The notes beneath the pieces were generated by a model. That model saw nothing but the letters and a program-made list of their open reading frames with translations. It had not been told where the DNA came from and did no database searches. From Neoechinorhynchus agilis (taxonomy: Eukaryota; Animalia; Acanthocephala): a DNA stretch of 64,000 nt. Positions 23,133-36,660 of the stretch are shown in pieces (within the stretch, counting starts at the first letter, position 1; the number at the start of each line of letters is the position of its first letter). The position numbers and the translations under genes are program-made. The stretch lies in the NCBI GenBank assembly GCA_051530055.1, contig CM121341.1, positions 11,820,784-11,884,783 on the forward strand, in the 5' to 3' direction.

Positions 23133-23465
23133 ATGGCTAAGCATCATCCTGATTTGATCTTTTGCCGTAAGCAACCCGGAGTGGCAATTGGGCGTCTATG
23201 TGAGAAATGCGATGGTAAATGTGTTATTTGCGATACTTATGTGAGGCCAACGACTCTGGTTCGGATATGCGATGAATGCAATTATGGATCCTATCAAGGG
23301 AGATGTGTGATTTGTGGCGGTGTTGGCATGTCAGATGCTTACTATTGCCGAGAGTGTACAATCCTTGAAAAAGACCGAGATGGTTGTCCGAAGATCGTGA
23401 ATTTGGGCAGCGCGAAGACCGATTTGTTCTACGAGCGCAAGAAATATGGATTTAAAAAAAGATGA
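23133..23465 (+). CDS. PHF5A: PHD finger-like domain-containing protein 5A (SF3b subunit, Rds3), 110 aa, intronless
   Basis: [34 protein letters not shown]...[14 protein letters not shown]. Confidence 0.98.
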   Translation: MAKHHPDLIFCRKQPGVAIGRLCEKCDGKCVICDTYVRPTTLVRICDECNYGSYQGRCVICGGVGMSDAYYCRECTILEKDRDGCPKIVNLGSAKTDLFYERKKYGFKKR

Positions 23466-26400
23466 TGGCGCTGATTGGTTCCAAATGGCATTACTGGGTC
23501 CACATATGGAATTGGTGTGTTTGCACATATCTTTTTCTGATCCGCACCAGAAGATAGAGCAGAAACTGAGGTAATTCGTGCAATCATTTGTCATGCCAAC
23601 TGCCGCACCTAGTTTCGTCTGCGATCTACATTTGCTCACACGCCTTCCAGTCTCAACTTTCAACCATTTATCGGCTCAAATTCTCTCTCGCTCTCAACCA
23701 ATGCACTTCCAACTACTACATGCTTGTCTTCTTCAATGATCGATAATATCGAATGAGGGAAAAGAAACATTCTACATTTTTTACCTTCTACCCATTACCA
23801 ACCCAGTGCACCACTTGATAGGCTTCTTTGGCAACGTCTCCGCAATCTAATACCATGTTTACTCCAAATTCCTGCTCTATTATTCCCATTTTGAAAGACT
23901 CTTGCTGATGCCCTTTCAGGCTTCCAATATACATATATATAAATGTATGTGAGATTGATGTGCGTTAGGCGTAATCAAAATTCGCCATTTCCACACACAC
24001 GGAACCGATTTCCTCACCGGCTTGCGGGTTGAAAAGGCTCATCTAAAGTCTTATTGCATAAAATGCTGGATCCGAATGTTGGACGCTCATTGAGGCAAGA
24101 TGAATGTGGTGGAAAACGTGTACAAGAAATGGAGCCTTCTAGATACGAGAACTAAAGTTAATTTTGAAAGGATAAACTCAAGGTCAGCTATTGGATTTGG
24201 GTTTATTCTTACTTTGGTCAGTTGATCCTTTTCTTAGAAGAAATTCGCATAATGCGTAATCGTAGTTGCGTTCGGAAAGTTTGTCCACTCAAATTCATGG
24301 ATTTAACGGGACACTAATTTTTGCTACATTTCCAGTCAACGATTTTTGTCCTTTAACTCAACTGGTTTCCATTAAGCGCCATCAACTTACCCAGGATGTG
24401 CGCAATCTTCTGTCAAATAAATGTCACACGTTCATTTCCGGAAATACTAATGCTGCTCCCCATCCGTCTACAATTGTTATTTGAACTGTGAAGTTCATTC
24501 TTTATTCTTTTTGTGTTCAATTCAACATTGGGAAACTTTCCCTCCATCTCTCAAATATTTAAGTACTTGGTGTATTTCGAATAGGTCATAATAAAAACAA
24601 CGCCTAAGGAGTTGCTTTCTTTTCTTGCCAATACTATATAAAAGGGAGTTAGACCTCTTCATCCCATTTCGAGCCAGGCACCCACACCCACAATCACAGT
24701 GCATTGTAGTCGCAAGCGAAACCGCCAAAGTACGGACAACACGTGAGTTTAGTCCTTCACTAGTCATTGTCCCTGTTCGCCAAGCATTACAAAGGTTATT
24801 TCTCTTTTTGACAATATTGCTGTCATGCATTTTTCGGTTGTTAATGCAGTTCTAAGGAAATATCGCGTTCTATTTGCTTGAGGCAAGATTTCCCCAACCA
24901 GTGTAGCCGGGGTCGCAACTTTTTGTCACGACAAATTTCGAATAGGATGTCGGGGCACCTATTTGTACAGTCTAGGGACGCTGTCGACAGTTCGACTCTA
25001 GTGTCTCAGGGTCATTATTTAACCATGTCTTTATCAACGAAACCTAAAATGTGTGTGTTATTTCGGGACTTGAATTGCCAAAAAAATTTACTCACGTTAT
25101 TCAATTTTAACCAAAATCGGTTTCCATGCATTCAGGTGCATTCCCTGGAATTAAACGAACACTCTCAAAGGCAAGAGACTAAGTTGTTCCTGCAGAAACG
25201 AGAATCTACGTTCTTAAAATTTAATCACTTTCGTCGTTCACAGTTTTGTTTATTATATTTTCGAGTATTTGGATTAGTTTTCCGTTTTTTGCGACATATG
25301 TCCTCCAGACAGAGGATCCGTTTATTTTGAAAACAGGAATCTCTCTGGTGGGTTTAATGTGTGTGTGGAGAATGCCTCGAGCGCGACTGCTCATTCGCCT
25401 TGACGGCGGTGACCATTCAAGGTCATTGGCACACACACATCCTGGTTTGTTACTACTTATATCTTTTGCACTACCACCCCACTACCTTCTCCCGTTGCTA
25501 ATTGATTCCGAATGAATGCTCTCTTCTAGTCTTTCATTCGCTAACATGCCGTGCAAATTAGTTTTCCATTCTTTTAACAATATATATACACAGTAACCGC
25601 ATATACACACAATATGTCCGCACTTTGGAGATGGCCTAAAACTGAGTGCTTTGCACACGAGACAGCTGCTTGATTTTCCAGTCGGACAAGCGATACCTCG
25701 AGGGCCCTCACCACCAGCGTGATTAAATAGCCACCGCTGTCTTATTTCCTGATCGATCCTTATCGAGACCGTCCTCTCTCACAATTTGTGTGTGTACATT
25801 CGTTTCCCGCAATTCCAGTGGGTTTTGGACGAAAGGAAATCTCACCAGCGACCCACAAGGCCATAAGGAAGGTATCTCATGTGTGTATGTGGCGCCCTGG
25901 GTCCCTATGCTGCTGCTGACACATTCTATCATGAGACTGTCAATGTTATTCTTGATGACATTTGGCAGTCATGGTTATTTGGTGATTAAGATAATGAACT
26001 CAGTTTTATCAAGACAGCAGTAGATAAATTGTACGGGTATGTGTACGCTCTCTCGCTCCCTCGCTCGCTGGAATTGAGATGGCGGCGACGCCGGAGCGTA
26101 ATGCTTTTCGCGCACACCGGGAAACAATGGCATCGCTTTGCTATCAGTCGAAATAGAAAAGAATTTGTTTAGTGACTGTGCCTTTCTATCGCTAAACACG
26201 AGCGTTAGTATTGACCATAGAAACGACAAATCCTAGGCTCATTCATACTATCAATAACCAAACACCGAACCATATCTTCCTAACTCTAAAAATATCTCAC
26301 ATAACTCCCGGGCCCGCGGTATATATAAAGGTTGTTGCAAATGAGCTCTCGCACAAATACCAATTTTGTTTGTTGAGCCTTTATCGCAATTAAATCCTAG

Positions 26401-29400
26401 ATGCACTCGGTCTCTTCGTAAGATAAACACACAAGAGATCTGCATTCTCATTGATGTAAATGGCCACCTTTAATCGGTATACAAGCAAAGGTAAGCGAGA
26501 AGAGCTTTGTGCATTCAATTTCCTTTTTCAGATGATCTTTTAGGTTACTGCTAGATCTGTGTCAAAAACTGTTATATGCACAATCATGTGAGTACCTAGA
26601 AACGCAATTTCTAATATATATATATAGTTTAGAACTGAAATGGTTATTCATTTGTTTAAAAAATCACTTAGTATTTCCTTTCTAGCGATTCTGCATATCG
26701 TGCCTATGCCCTTCAGAATACCGGGAACACTCGAGAAAAGAATTTCTATCGTTCGCAGCATGTAGTGTAAATCGAAATCATTAAGCTTGGTTTAGTTGAA
26801 ATTTTTAAATTTGTCTGGGATACTCATTCAGTTTCTATTAAGTGAGTGCATCAAAGAAAGTGCAACTCAACTTTATTGGGATTTTAAGTGCCCTGTATAA
26901 TTTAATTTCACTGAGATGCCTCTTTAAAGTCTTCTGACTGTCCGTCTCGCTCATTGATTGCTTTCACTTAGTTTATGAGCAAATCAACAAACACGAGTTG
27001 CCGCTGCGATCCAGACGTGCCATGCGTATAAGGTCATGCCCCATGTTGATAACTAAAGGTTATGCATATATAATATTCTAAGTGACTAAATACCGGACAG
27101 ATAAATTCATCCGGATAATTTACGAGCCCAGGCCAATCCCATTATAACTATTTTGTTGATAATTAAAGGTTATACCAATTCGTTTACGGCCTCTTATTTC
27201 CCGGATGCACTGATAACGTAAATCAATCGCTTTATTACCCATATTTCCCCTTGCGAGCTATAATTAATTTTGTTTTGTTAATATTGAGATAGCATTAATC
27301 GATTATCTCACGTGAAATATTAAGAAACTTCCGATTCACGTGGAATTTAAAAACACTTTAATTTCATTATAAATTGAGGGTTGTCTTCAACGCCCGCACG
27401 AAAAGGCCATTACCATTTTCATCTTGTCGACAGCCATCAAATAATATTTCTCTCGTCAATCCATAAATTATGTATATATTCAATACCCCAGTGTTTTTAA
27501 AGTTAAGCCCTTATTCATATCCATAATTAATACCTTCGATTCGAGCAATCAAAAATTTATTTGATTACATAATTTGTATGCATGATTAGATCTTCTTTGA
27601 TTTCAAAATCTAATCATGTGCTTGACAATTAAGCCGATGTAGTTTAGGAAAACTCGTTGTTGATTGGCTATTTAGGGACGGCGGATATGGTTATTAGGGA
27701 GCAACGCAATCGAAAATTCATATGTTCTCACGAGATTGAGGGTATATCCCACTTGATGTCTTTCGACACTGACAACCACTCGTTCTTTTACGTTCTTAGT
27801 TGAGAGCTTAAGCGAACATTCGGTCTAACAATGTAAGTCTAAAAATTCAATCACTAATTCTGAAGCGGATTAATTTTGTTGGGTACCAGCAATCGGTGAG
27901 AATTTTGTTTTTGCAAGACAAGGATGTGCCTAGCGTGTTTTATTTAGGTTGCGTGACTAAAATTTCCGCAGATTTATTTGTAGAATCATCAGAAATTACA
28001 AACTAGATTATCTTCTTTATATCTCAAAAGTCTAATAATTTTAGTATTCATCAATAAAAGTATCCCTAGTTCTTGATTTTTCAAGGCATCTCTAGCGATG
28101 TGTTTCTGTCAAAGATTTTGGTTTTTACAGAACAGCTATCATTGGTTAATATTCTTCCACCATTACCGCAAAAACTTACTTTACTTCCGCACAGGAAATG
28201 TTCTAATTTCGAAATCCCTCAATTTTTGTGCTGTGAATGCACGCAGTCTATAGGAATATAATCTCTTCCACAAAATTGGAATCAAGCAGTTTAGTTATTG
28301 TATCTGGACATAAAAAGTGTGATTGTAATTGCGCGGATGTCGTAGACTGACGTCTTTATCTTCCCTTGAGGTGTGAATAGTTTAATTCTAACTTTTCTCA
28401 GCCTCCAAAAGGACTGCATCCATTAAAAATATCAAAAACAACATTTTTACTTTGATATGTCGCCGCAACTGCCATTTCCATTGTGTTCTACGTAGAGAAT
28501 CACTGCACCTAGTGGTTCTATACAACAAAAGCAATGATAAAGGAGAGGTAGTTGCCAACGAAGACTCGTAACGATCACACTTTACAATAGACGCGGTAAT
28601 TGCGCACTTGGTTTGCGGTCACCTTTGCGTTTAAATCTCGACCCAACAGATCACCACTTAGATCACCACTTTTCAGCCAATCACAGCTCTCTTCAAATCT
28701 TATTCGTCAAACGCTTGCGGCATTTGTTTAAAAGTGGTCTTCGTTCTTAAAATATGTCCTTCTCTTCACACATTACAAATCTAGGAGTCTAGACTTGTTT
28801 TCTAAAGCAAGATTCTTATTCTTTTTATCTTGTAATTATTCTTATTTTTCCGCTATTTAATATAAACAGTGCAATTTAAAAGCCTTCAAATCATACTATG
28901 AATTTTGCTTAAATTCTTGATAAATCTACATTACAATAACTTAATGACTATTTAGATACAGTCCTATCACATAATGTCGACACATTTCATTTGTGTATGA
29001 CTGGATGTAGAAGAACCTGCTGAGCAATATTGGCCGCGTTTTACGTAAAGTATTTGCCTCTTCGGGTAGAAGTCTTTAAGACAAAGGATAGCACTATCTA
29101 TCTAGCAGAACAAATTTATGTAGAGTTCCCTTAATCCCAAATTCTCTCATGTTCTCATTAAGGGATAATTGAGCATTTAGTCGGTTTTCCCAAAAGGTTT
29201 CCGGAAACGCCTATGCTTTCTTTACGTGTGTTTTCGCTCCGTTTGTGTTTCACCTACTCGATTAGTCAATCTTTTTCAATTTGCAATAGCTTTATTGATC
29301 GTCAACTACTTACCAATTATAGCATAACTGCATACTTGTAATTTCATCATGTGCCTTAGTAATGGTAAATAAAAGGCTTCATCGAATACAGTCTCAACGT

Positions 29401-30477
29401 GACGGGATCGCTTTGAGCTAGGAACCTTCGTTTAGGATTGAATATGAGCTTGCTATTGCGATGCAATTCTCCGTTCTTGTTTAATCAAAGAGCCGCAAGT
29501 ATTTCATTTAATCAACTTCTCTTCCCATAGACTTTGTGATCCCTTATTATAGAGAGCGATGTTTGCGTAAATGGTTGAAGTGTGGAATGGTGATATTTTA
29601 GGACTTCTTTTTATATTTATGGACTTCTATGGTGCCATACATCTCATGGCGTTTGTATCTGGAAAAAGTACAATTTATTACGTACTCTTTTTTCGACTAC
29701 TCCAGTGTAAATTATTTTTGGTCATTGCAAACGAGCAAAGTTGCCTGAAACATTCTCAACTACTTAATACGTAACTAACCTTTTTTCCATTGCGCGATCC
29801 GTTTCCATATCGACTATTGTTTGAGACTTTTAAAGATTCTATAATTCTAACTTTGGAATCATTCGATTATAGCACAACGCTGTGCCAAGAGACACGGTTA
29901 ATATATATTGTCGATAACCCGTTGTTTTATTCGATTCTTAAGCTCTTGCATTTAATGTAGAGCACTGATACTTCGTAACGTTCCCTATATCAATATGGCA
30001 CACTTTAAAAACTCCTCCCAATACTAAATAACCTCCTTTACACCACTAATTCGATTAATAATGCTTGATTTCATAAGAATAATCGACAGCCGACCTATGC
30101 TTTTTTCTACCGCAAGTCTCTATTGTTCATATATCCAGCCGGATGAATCAATGTGTAAGCGGTTCATGTTGACAAGATCTAGATCAGACGACGACTGGAG
30201 CACACTCTCTCCAGTTTGTGTGTGTGAGATGAACAATCATCCGCCCTCTCGAAATGCGCAAGTGTGTGCTTATCTGCTTTTCAGTCATTGTTGAGAAAAA
30301 GGTCGTGTGTATATGTGTTCGCTCGTAGGTGAGCAGCTATACGTCTCACGAATGTGAGTCTCTACAACGTTCTCTATTCTAGATGAAAAATAAACTGACC
30401 TCTCCTTCAACGAAGGTCTAGACTCATAGGAGAGCGGTTTAAAACTCGAGCTGACCATTGTTTTTCGCTTTTTAGAT

Positions 30478-32175
30478 ATGCCTCAGCGATCTTTAGGCCA
30501 AGTTCCGCTGGTCAACTCCGAGCCGGTTTTGTGTCCTGATAGGAAGAGGCCGACGAACCAACCAAGCGGTGCCACCAACGGAGCCACAGCAGCACATTCC
30601 GCCCCAGCCGTCATCCAGCCAGTGCCGCCAACGACGATAACGATCAACGCCGACTCATTAAGAAGATCTCGCTATTTTTGTATGATGTGTAGCACTTGGT
30701 GTCTGTCCGAGTCGACCCCCAATCCGAAATGCTGTATCTTATGTCATCGAACCGGATGTAATATGTGCTATCCCACTCATCCGGATTCTCAAACTGATCT
30801 CTTCTGTCTCAGCTGCCGCTTTCTCCGAGGCAGTCAACATGGATTAAGATTCTGGAGCGAACTCACAAACGACTATGTGATCCATATGCTCAATCAATAT
30901 CGAATCGAGTATCCGGACGAAGCTGATCGAGGCACGCTGATGCGAATTTTGTTCGACAATCGGGATCGAATCACAATGAACTTACCGAATTCTAATCGCA
31001 CAGGAACACAACCATTGATTAGGAATCAGCCGAAACGACTGACTGCGGTTCAACAAACCGTTCCACCAGTGCAGCCTGCGTTTGAACAAACCCGACGACC
31101 GACACGCGCTGGGCCACTCGCTATTCAAGAGCGACCGTCACAACCTCATCACCAACCATTGAATCAATCACTACCGCGACATCTTCCTCCACATTACTAC
31201 TACAATCCAGTCCATGGTGCACCAATAAACACATCTCATCCTATACCTCATCCTCCATCACGGGTTCCTACTCGTCAGTTCTCTAATGCAGTCAATGATC
31301 TCAATTCTACGATGCAACAGGCAACTATGATGTTCACGAATATGGCTCATCAGATGGATTCTCTGTTTGATCAGGCGTTTCCGAATCCACCACCTCCACC
31401 CGGGCATCATTCTTCAAATAGAGTCCCGGTGATCGTCCCTCCTGTCTCCAATCGAACGCCATCAATTGTTAGAGAACACAATCTTTGTATTCATCGACAG
31501 ACGATCACGGTGACCAGCAACAATATGTCCCGCATCGATTATCCCAATCAACCGCAGTTCGTGACTTACAGGTATCATCAAGTTGATCCTTCTTATCCAC
31601 ACCGAACGATGCCGCCTATCCAAATGCAGATTCCTTTAAGTGTCGACCAAACGCTACTCCCCCCACTACCAAATCAAGTGGTTCCACAGCAATTACCCAC
31701 GACGGACGGATCAATTGCGCTGAGATCACAGGAACAACCAGTTGAGAATTTTGCATTCAGTTCGATTACGTCTCGATCCCAGATCGGTCGATTGTCTATT
31801 GACCAGCTCAAGTCTGTCCTCAATGACCTTCTTCTACCCATACCAACGAACGCAACCCGAAATGTCCTCGCTAGAATGGTCCGGGAAGAGTATGACAATG
31901 AAACTCAGCGAGCTGAGCAACGGCGGAAATCAATGGTGATCCACCGGGAACAACAAGAACGAAAAGATACAGTAGCGGTTGTAAAGACTGAACAGGGTAA
32001 AGCATCGGACTCAAAGGAAGAGACAGAGTGCGTGATCTGCATGGACCGAAAGAGAGAAGTCGCCTTTCAGAATTGCGGTCATTTTGTTGCTTGTGCAGAA
32101 TGTGCAATGAAAGTGCGATCATGTCCAATGTGCAGACAAAGGGTCCTCGATATTATACGGATTTATATGTCTTGA
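30478..32175 (+). CDS. RNF34/RFFL (CARP)-like E3 ligase: FYVE-like Zn finger, SAP-like helices, C-terminal C3HC4 RING
   Basis: 565-aa single ORF; N-terminal Cys cluster; CVICMD...FQNCGHFVACAECA..CPMCRQRV. Confidence 0.8.
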   Translation: MPQRSLGQVPLVNSEPVLCPDRKRPTNQPSGATNGATAAHSAPAVIQPVPPTTITINADSLRRSRYFCMMCSTWCLSESTPNPKCCILCHRTGCNMCYPTHPDSQTDLFCLSCRFLRGSQHGLRFWSELTNDYVIHMLNQYRIEYPDEADRGTLMRILFDNRDRITMNLPNSNRTGTQPLIRNQPKRLTAVQQTVPPVQPAFEQTRRPTRAGPLAIQERPSQPHHQPLNQSLPRHLPPHYYYNPVHGAPINTSHPIPHPPSRVPTRQFSNAVNDLNSTMQQATMMFTNMAHQMDSLFDQAFPNPPPPPGHHSSNRVPVIVPPVSNRTPSIVREHNLCIHRQTITVTSNNMSRIDYPNQPQFVTYRYHQVDPSYPHRTMPPIQMQIPLSVDQTLLPPLPNQVVPQQLPTTDGSIALRSQEQPVENFAFSSITSRSQIGRLSIDQLKSVLNDLLLPIPTNATRNVLARMVREEYDNETQRAEQRRKSMVIHREQQERKDTVAVVKTEQGKASDSKEETECVICMDRKREVAFQNCGHFVACAECAMKVRSCPMCRQRVLDIIRIYMS

Positions 32176-33139
32176 GACACTCAAACTATGCTTGTACATA
32201 GAATTTGGTGGAATATTTTTGAACAAAATCACAATGATTGGTTATTTTGTGAACGGGGAGGGCTTTACATGTGCTCCTAACATCTCTTACGATCTTTAAA
32301 TAAAATTCTCTACCTTGACGGTCTTTTTTCGAGTGCTCAAAGAACTCAATATTTTTGAGTGAAGTCCGTGTATTGAGAATAATTATGTTGGTCTGAGATT
32401 TGCACACATCCGTTTCGTGATATCTAATTATATCAACTCCTTTGTATCATTTACGTCAATTTTGTCAGATATCAGACACATCGAGAAAGCGATGTAAGTG
32501 CCATGTGGGTAGACATTAAATTCCTTTTAATCCATAAACAATGGGCGTTTGGTCGAAAAATTATGCAGCGTGATATCTTCTCGGAATGTACTTATAAATG
32601 TTCATTATAAGCAATTTTGTTCCATTATTATTCAATCATAAAAATAAGTCAGTTGTCGACTGATTTCTCAATCGCTTGTTTTCTTTTCGATTGTCAATCG
32701 ACAACTGATCAACATGCGATTGAGCAAACTGATTCTCGCCAACATGATCAAAAAATATACTGCGAATCTAGAGAGGTTAAGATTGCTTATGTTTTGCAGG
32801 ACCTTGAAGTAAAACTCCGAAATATTGGTACAAAATAACCATCTGTTTCAAAAATAAGGGCTAAAATAAGATAGAATGGTACTTGGATTTTTATACTTGG
32901 ATCTATGTTTGCGACTGGATAAATTTAATTTTTTTTAATTTAACACAAATCAGACAATCGTCTTCTTTAGTGCAAATTAATCTGTCAAATAATGGAGGCC
33001 GCTGAGTTTCCCTCAAAATGTCCACAAAATGAATGTAGTTGAGATGATTTTACGAATTTATTCCTGAGAAAAATAAACACTGGATCTTGAACGTTTGATA
33101 CGGATACGTAATTTGCGTAAAAAAATAATAGAAAGATAT

Positions 33140-33275
33140 ATGTGGTGATCATAAACCCGGATAAAAAATATTTTGAAATATTTCGCGAGGAGGCCTCGTT
33201 TTATCCGTCATCCAAAAGGTTTTGTTATTTTATATTGTATGGGTCCGGTTATCCGAGGGACAATGATCACCACAT
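33140..33275. mobile_element. Small inverted-repeat element with a degenerate hammerhead half (HH-C family)
   Basis: 13-bp perfect inverted ends (atgtggtgatcat / atgatcaccacat); minus strand CGAGG-ccu-CCUCGC-GAAAUAUU. Related sequence at about 18408-18440 and 35270-35315. Confidence 0.5.
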
Positions 33276-33526
33276 CTCTAACTCTATCGTCCTGAAGGTT
33301 TTTCGCTCGATGATTAAATGACAGGCATAATGGAGTTTAGCAGTTTTTAAATACATTGATGTCCTTATTATCTGAAGACATATCTAAACCAATTACAGCT
33401 TTTTCCGAATCAAAGAAAATATCAAGTGTTGATTGTACGGTCGTGATTTTTAAGCGATCCAATCGGTTTTTGGTATAAGGAAAAATTTAAAAAAATAGAC
33501 GAAAGTCAACTGAGCAGGGACATTGT

Positions 33527-34272
33527 AATGTGCGAGTCCCATTTAAAATTTGATAGAAATTGGATACCCAGAATTCTTCGAGAGGTTACTCGTAGGATGT
33601 CATTTAGAAGCTCAGGGGATGATGTGAGGTTGCGGGAGAGAGGGGATCATTTCGAAGCATTTAGAGAAATTGAGATGGAGTTTGTGATTGGTGTAGAAAT
33701 CTTTTATGTGCGTGATTTCTTTAGAGGTTAAAGAAAGGGAGAGGTGGGGTGGTGAATGGATGATGAGGGTGACATCGTCGGCGTATAAGAAGAGTTTAGA
33801 GTGAGAGGAGAGATGTTTGAGGTTGTTTAGAAAAATATTAGAGAGGTGGTGACAGAACAGCACCTTGAGGTAGATAGGCTGATAGAAGAGGTAGAACGGC
33901 AGTGAATGTATTGTTTGCGATTGTGAGGATAAGATTCGAGCCAGCGGATCTGCCACAAATTGAGACCAAAATCGGAGCAGGCTCGGAGGAGTGAATGGTC
34001 CACTGAGTCGAAGGCTTTAGATAAATCAAGTTGAATGAGACGGGTGACATGGGAGGGATGATTGTCGAGTTTACGTAGAAGCTTGTCATAAATGGAAAGT
34101 AGGGCATCGGTTGCAGAAAATCTGGGTCGGAAACCAAATTGAAAGGGCGATAACTTTTCGTTGAGAAGTGAAAGAATGTGAGATTTAAAACATTTTTCGA
34201 TAATTTTTGAAAAAGCGGGTATAACGGATATTGGACGGGATTATTCGGCCGAAATAGGATGCCCTATTTTGA
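33527..34272 (-). mobile_element. LINE-C RT fragment, close copy of 13697-14452
   Basis: ORF 33838-34137 translates identically to the start of ORF 13832-14476. Confidence 0.9.
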
Positions 34273-34674
34273 GCAATTTTTTGATGGTTATTTTGGAGGA
34301 AAAAGTAAAAAATAAGTTTAGAGGAGATCACTAGGCAATTTAAAAGATTGCCCCTAGTAGTAATTGGTCAAAGTTTATTTTTAGTGATCATTTTAAACTT
34401 TACGAGGATCAAGGAGGCAATGAAGCCTGTATTTCAAAAAACCGCAAAAAGATAGCTCACAATTAGCCTACAATCATTGGATGATTTGATTCCACAAATT
34501 TCCATTTCATCAAACTCTAATCCGGACCCGTAACAGTTGATTACAGGTAAACTTTTGAAGTCATGGACATTAAAATCCGTTCAGAAGCCCCATCCTCCCG
34601 CTTTCTCGCGAAAGAATGAGTTTTCCTACGAGCGTGTTGTCCAATATTCCACTCGAGCCAAATCTTCTACTAAG

Positions 34675-34938
34675 ATGCCGTGTTTGTCTGGAGGTCGTTA
34701 CTTTCTTCGAGCTGTCAGCGCACAATCCGTTCCAGTTCGATGCCTTCCTACTATTTACGGCCCCGGATTCTTGGACATGCAAGTGGATCAAGCTTATTTA
34801 AGAGGTCACAATGTCCCTTTACCCAGTCCCGACAGACCGTGGCGATTCTTAATCTTGGCTTGTATTTATATCGGTACAGGATTCGGATTCCCATTCTTCG
34901 TAGTTCGTAGACATATTAAACGTCAATACGGTACTTAA
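34675..34938 (+). CDS. COX7C: Cytochrome c oxidase subunit 7C
   Basis: GHNVPLPSPDRPWRFLILACIYIGTGFGFPFFVVRRHIKR matches the COX7C G.N.P....W.......Y.G..F..PF.VVR pattern; transit-peptide-like N-terminus from the ATG at 34675. Confidence 0.8.
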   Translation: MPCLSGGRYFLRAVSAQSVPVRCLPTIYGPGFLDMQVDQAYLRGHNVPLPSPDRPWRFLILACIYIGTGFGFPFFVVRRHIKRQYGT

Positions 34939-35292
34939 GAATACATATTAAATCCAATCTTTGATTAGTCAACAAATGCGGTGTTAATTTTTTATTTAGT
35001 TTGAAAAAAACGAGTTTAATTTTTATCAAGTAGACTCAGAGGATATGGGTGTATTCTAAATATAATCCGCGAAATGTTTTAAATGGGCGCGTCTTTTGAA
35101 AGCTCCAAAAATGGTATTTGATGTTTATCGTTTGATTTTCGATGTCATCCATAATTCGAATCAAGCACTAGCTGAAAAATCGCTTAATTGTTGATGTGTG
35201 AAAGTGGTTAACTTAAAGGATTTGAAGAAGGTCGAGTCGATTCTGAGTATCCACGTCTTGGAAAATCAATGACCATAATCCCGGATATAAGC

Positions 35293-35315
35293 GCGAGGAA
35301 GCCTCGCTTCGTCAA
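35293..35315 (-). repeat. HH-C degenerate hammerhead 5' half
   Basis: UUGACGA-A-GCGAGG-cuu-CCUCGC; the GAAA half is lost. Confidence 0.4.
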
Positions 35316-35481
35316 TCATTGTTTGTTGGTTTTTACTATGTAATTCCTGGCGAAATATCTCTCAGTTCAATTCCGGACACCGATTGGGCATTCTCACTAA
35401 AGGTGGCTTTAGTTATTGAATAGTTTCACCTCTAGTCACAAAAATGCAGCACTGTATTAACTCTTAAAATGCTCGTTTTAG

Positions 35482-36165
35482 ATGAGTTTCCTATTTGGTC
35501 GTCGCCAAACCCCGGACGATATGCTTCGAGCAAATCAACGAGCTCTCAACCGTGCTATGCGAGAGTTAGACCGAGAACGATCTAAGCTCGAGAATCAGGA
35601 GCAGAAAGTCATTGCCGATGTCAAACAGATGGCAAAACGTGGGCAAATGGACGCTGTACGAATCCTTGCCCGTGACCTTATTCGTACTCGCGGCCGAATC
35701 AAAAAATTTATTTTAATGCGGGCTAATATTCAAGCTGTTTCATTAAAAATAACTACACTCAAATCACAGAACGCTATGACACAGGCAATGAAAGGAGTTA
35801 GCCGAACTATGCTTCGAATGAACCAGCAATTGAAGATTCCTCAAGTCACTCGTATTATGCAGGACTTTGAGAAACAGTCTCAGATGCTTGAAATGAAAGA
35901 CGAAATGATTAGCGATGTGATTGATAGTGCACTTACTGCTGATGGTGATTTCGACGATGAGGACGCCGAAAGCGATCGTTTGGTTGAACAAGTTCTTGAT
36001 GAGCTTGGAATCGAATTGCAATCACAGCTAAACTCTTTGCCTGCCAATCATACCGCAACGATGGAATCAGCGTCTATCACTAAACAACAAATGAAACCTA
36101 TAGCAGCGACTAGTGATGCTGACGATGATCTTATGGCCAGATTGGATGCACTCAGGCGAAATTAA
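35482..36165 (+). CDS. CHMP2A: ESCRT-III subunit CHMP2A (Vps2), intronless
   Basis: MSFLFGRRQTPDDMLRANQRALNRAMRELDRER...DDDLMARLDALRR. Confidence 0.95.
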   Translation: MSFLFGRRQTPDDMLRANQRALNRAMRELDRERSKLENQEQKVIADVKQMAKRGQMDAVRILARDLIRTRGRIKKFILMRANIQAVSLKITTLKSQNAMTQAMKGVSRTMLRMNQQLKIPQVTRIMQDFEKQSQMLEMKDEMISDVIDSALTADGDFDDEDAESDRLVEQVLDELGIELQSQLNSLPANHTATMESASITKQQMKPIAATSDADDDLMARLDALRRN

Positions 36166-36660
36166 TAAACTAGTTCATTCTTCGAAAAACGCGAGTGTTC
36201 CTTGTGATTACCGTCAGTGTTGTTCCTGGACAACGTACTTCATTTAGATCCTTTTTGTATTGACCACAAGGATGTAATGATTTGCCTTAAATGTGACCAT
36301 AGGTTTAAAGTTACGATTTTAATTTTTCTAAATATTAAATAACTACAAAAGCGATTATTTTGACTGGTTTCAGGGGATAGGAATTAATTGCATCCTTTAA
36401 ACTGTTATAACGAAGGCGTTTAGTTGAAATTTTTTGAATAAGTTAAAACGCTGTCGTAAAGATTTTGCCTTAAAGGATCATACATTGATTACTTTGAAAT
36501 GGGACAGGATAAAGATGGATTGCGTCTCAGTTGAGATTGAAACTAGAATCGGTCAATAATATGATCAGAATTTGCGCTTAAACGGTTTTTACACCCTTTT
36601 TAAATAGCGATTAAAATGATGCTTGAAGCCGGAAACATCTCTAGTGATTACTATCTGTAG

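Noticed and set aside
23480-26470. Possible multi-exon gene(s) with several GT-AG-like boundaries
   Set aside because: I could not assemble a consistent open frame or recognise a family; needs RNA-seq.
27300-27700. YYLMAVDK, an integrase-like fragment on the minus strand
   Set aside because: Too degraded; the other catalytic motifs are not recognisable.
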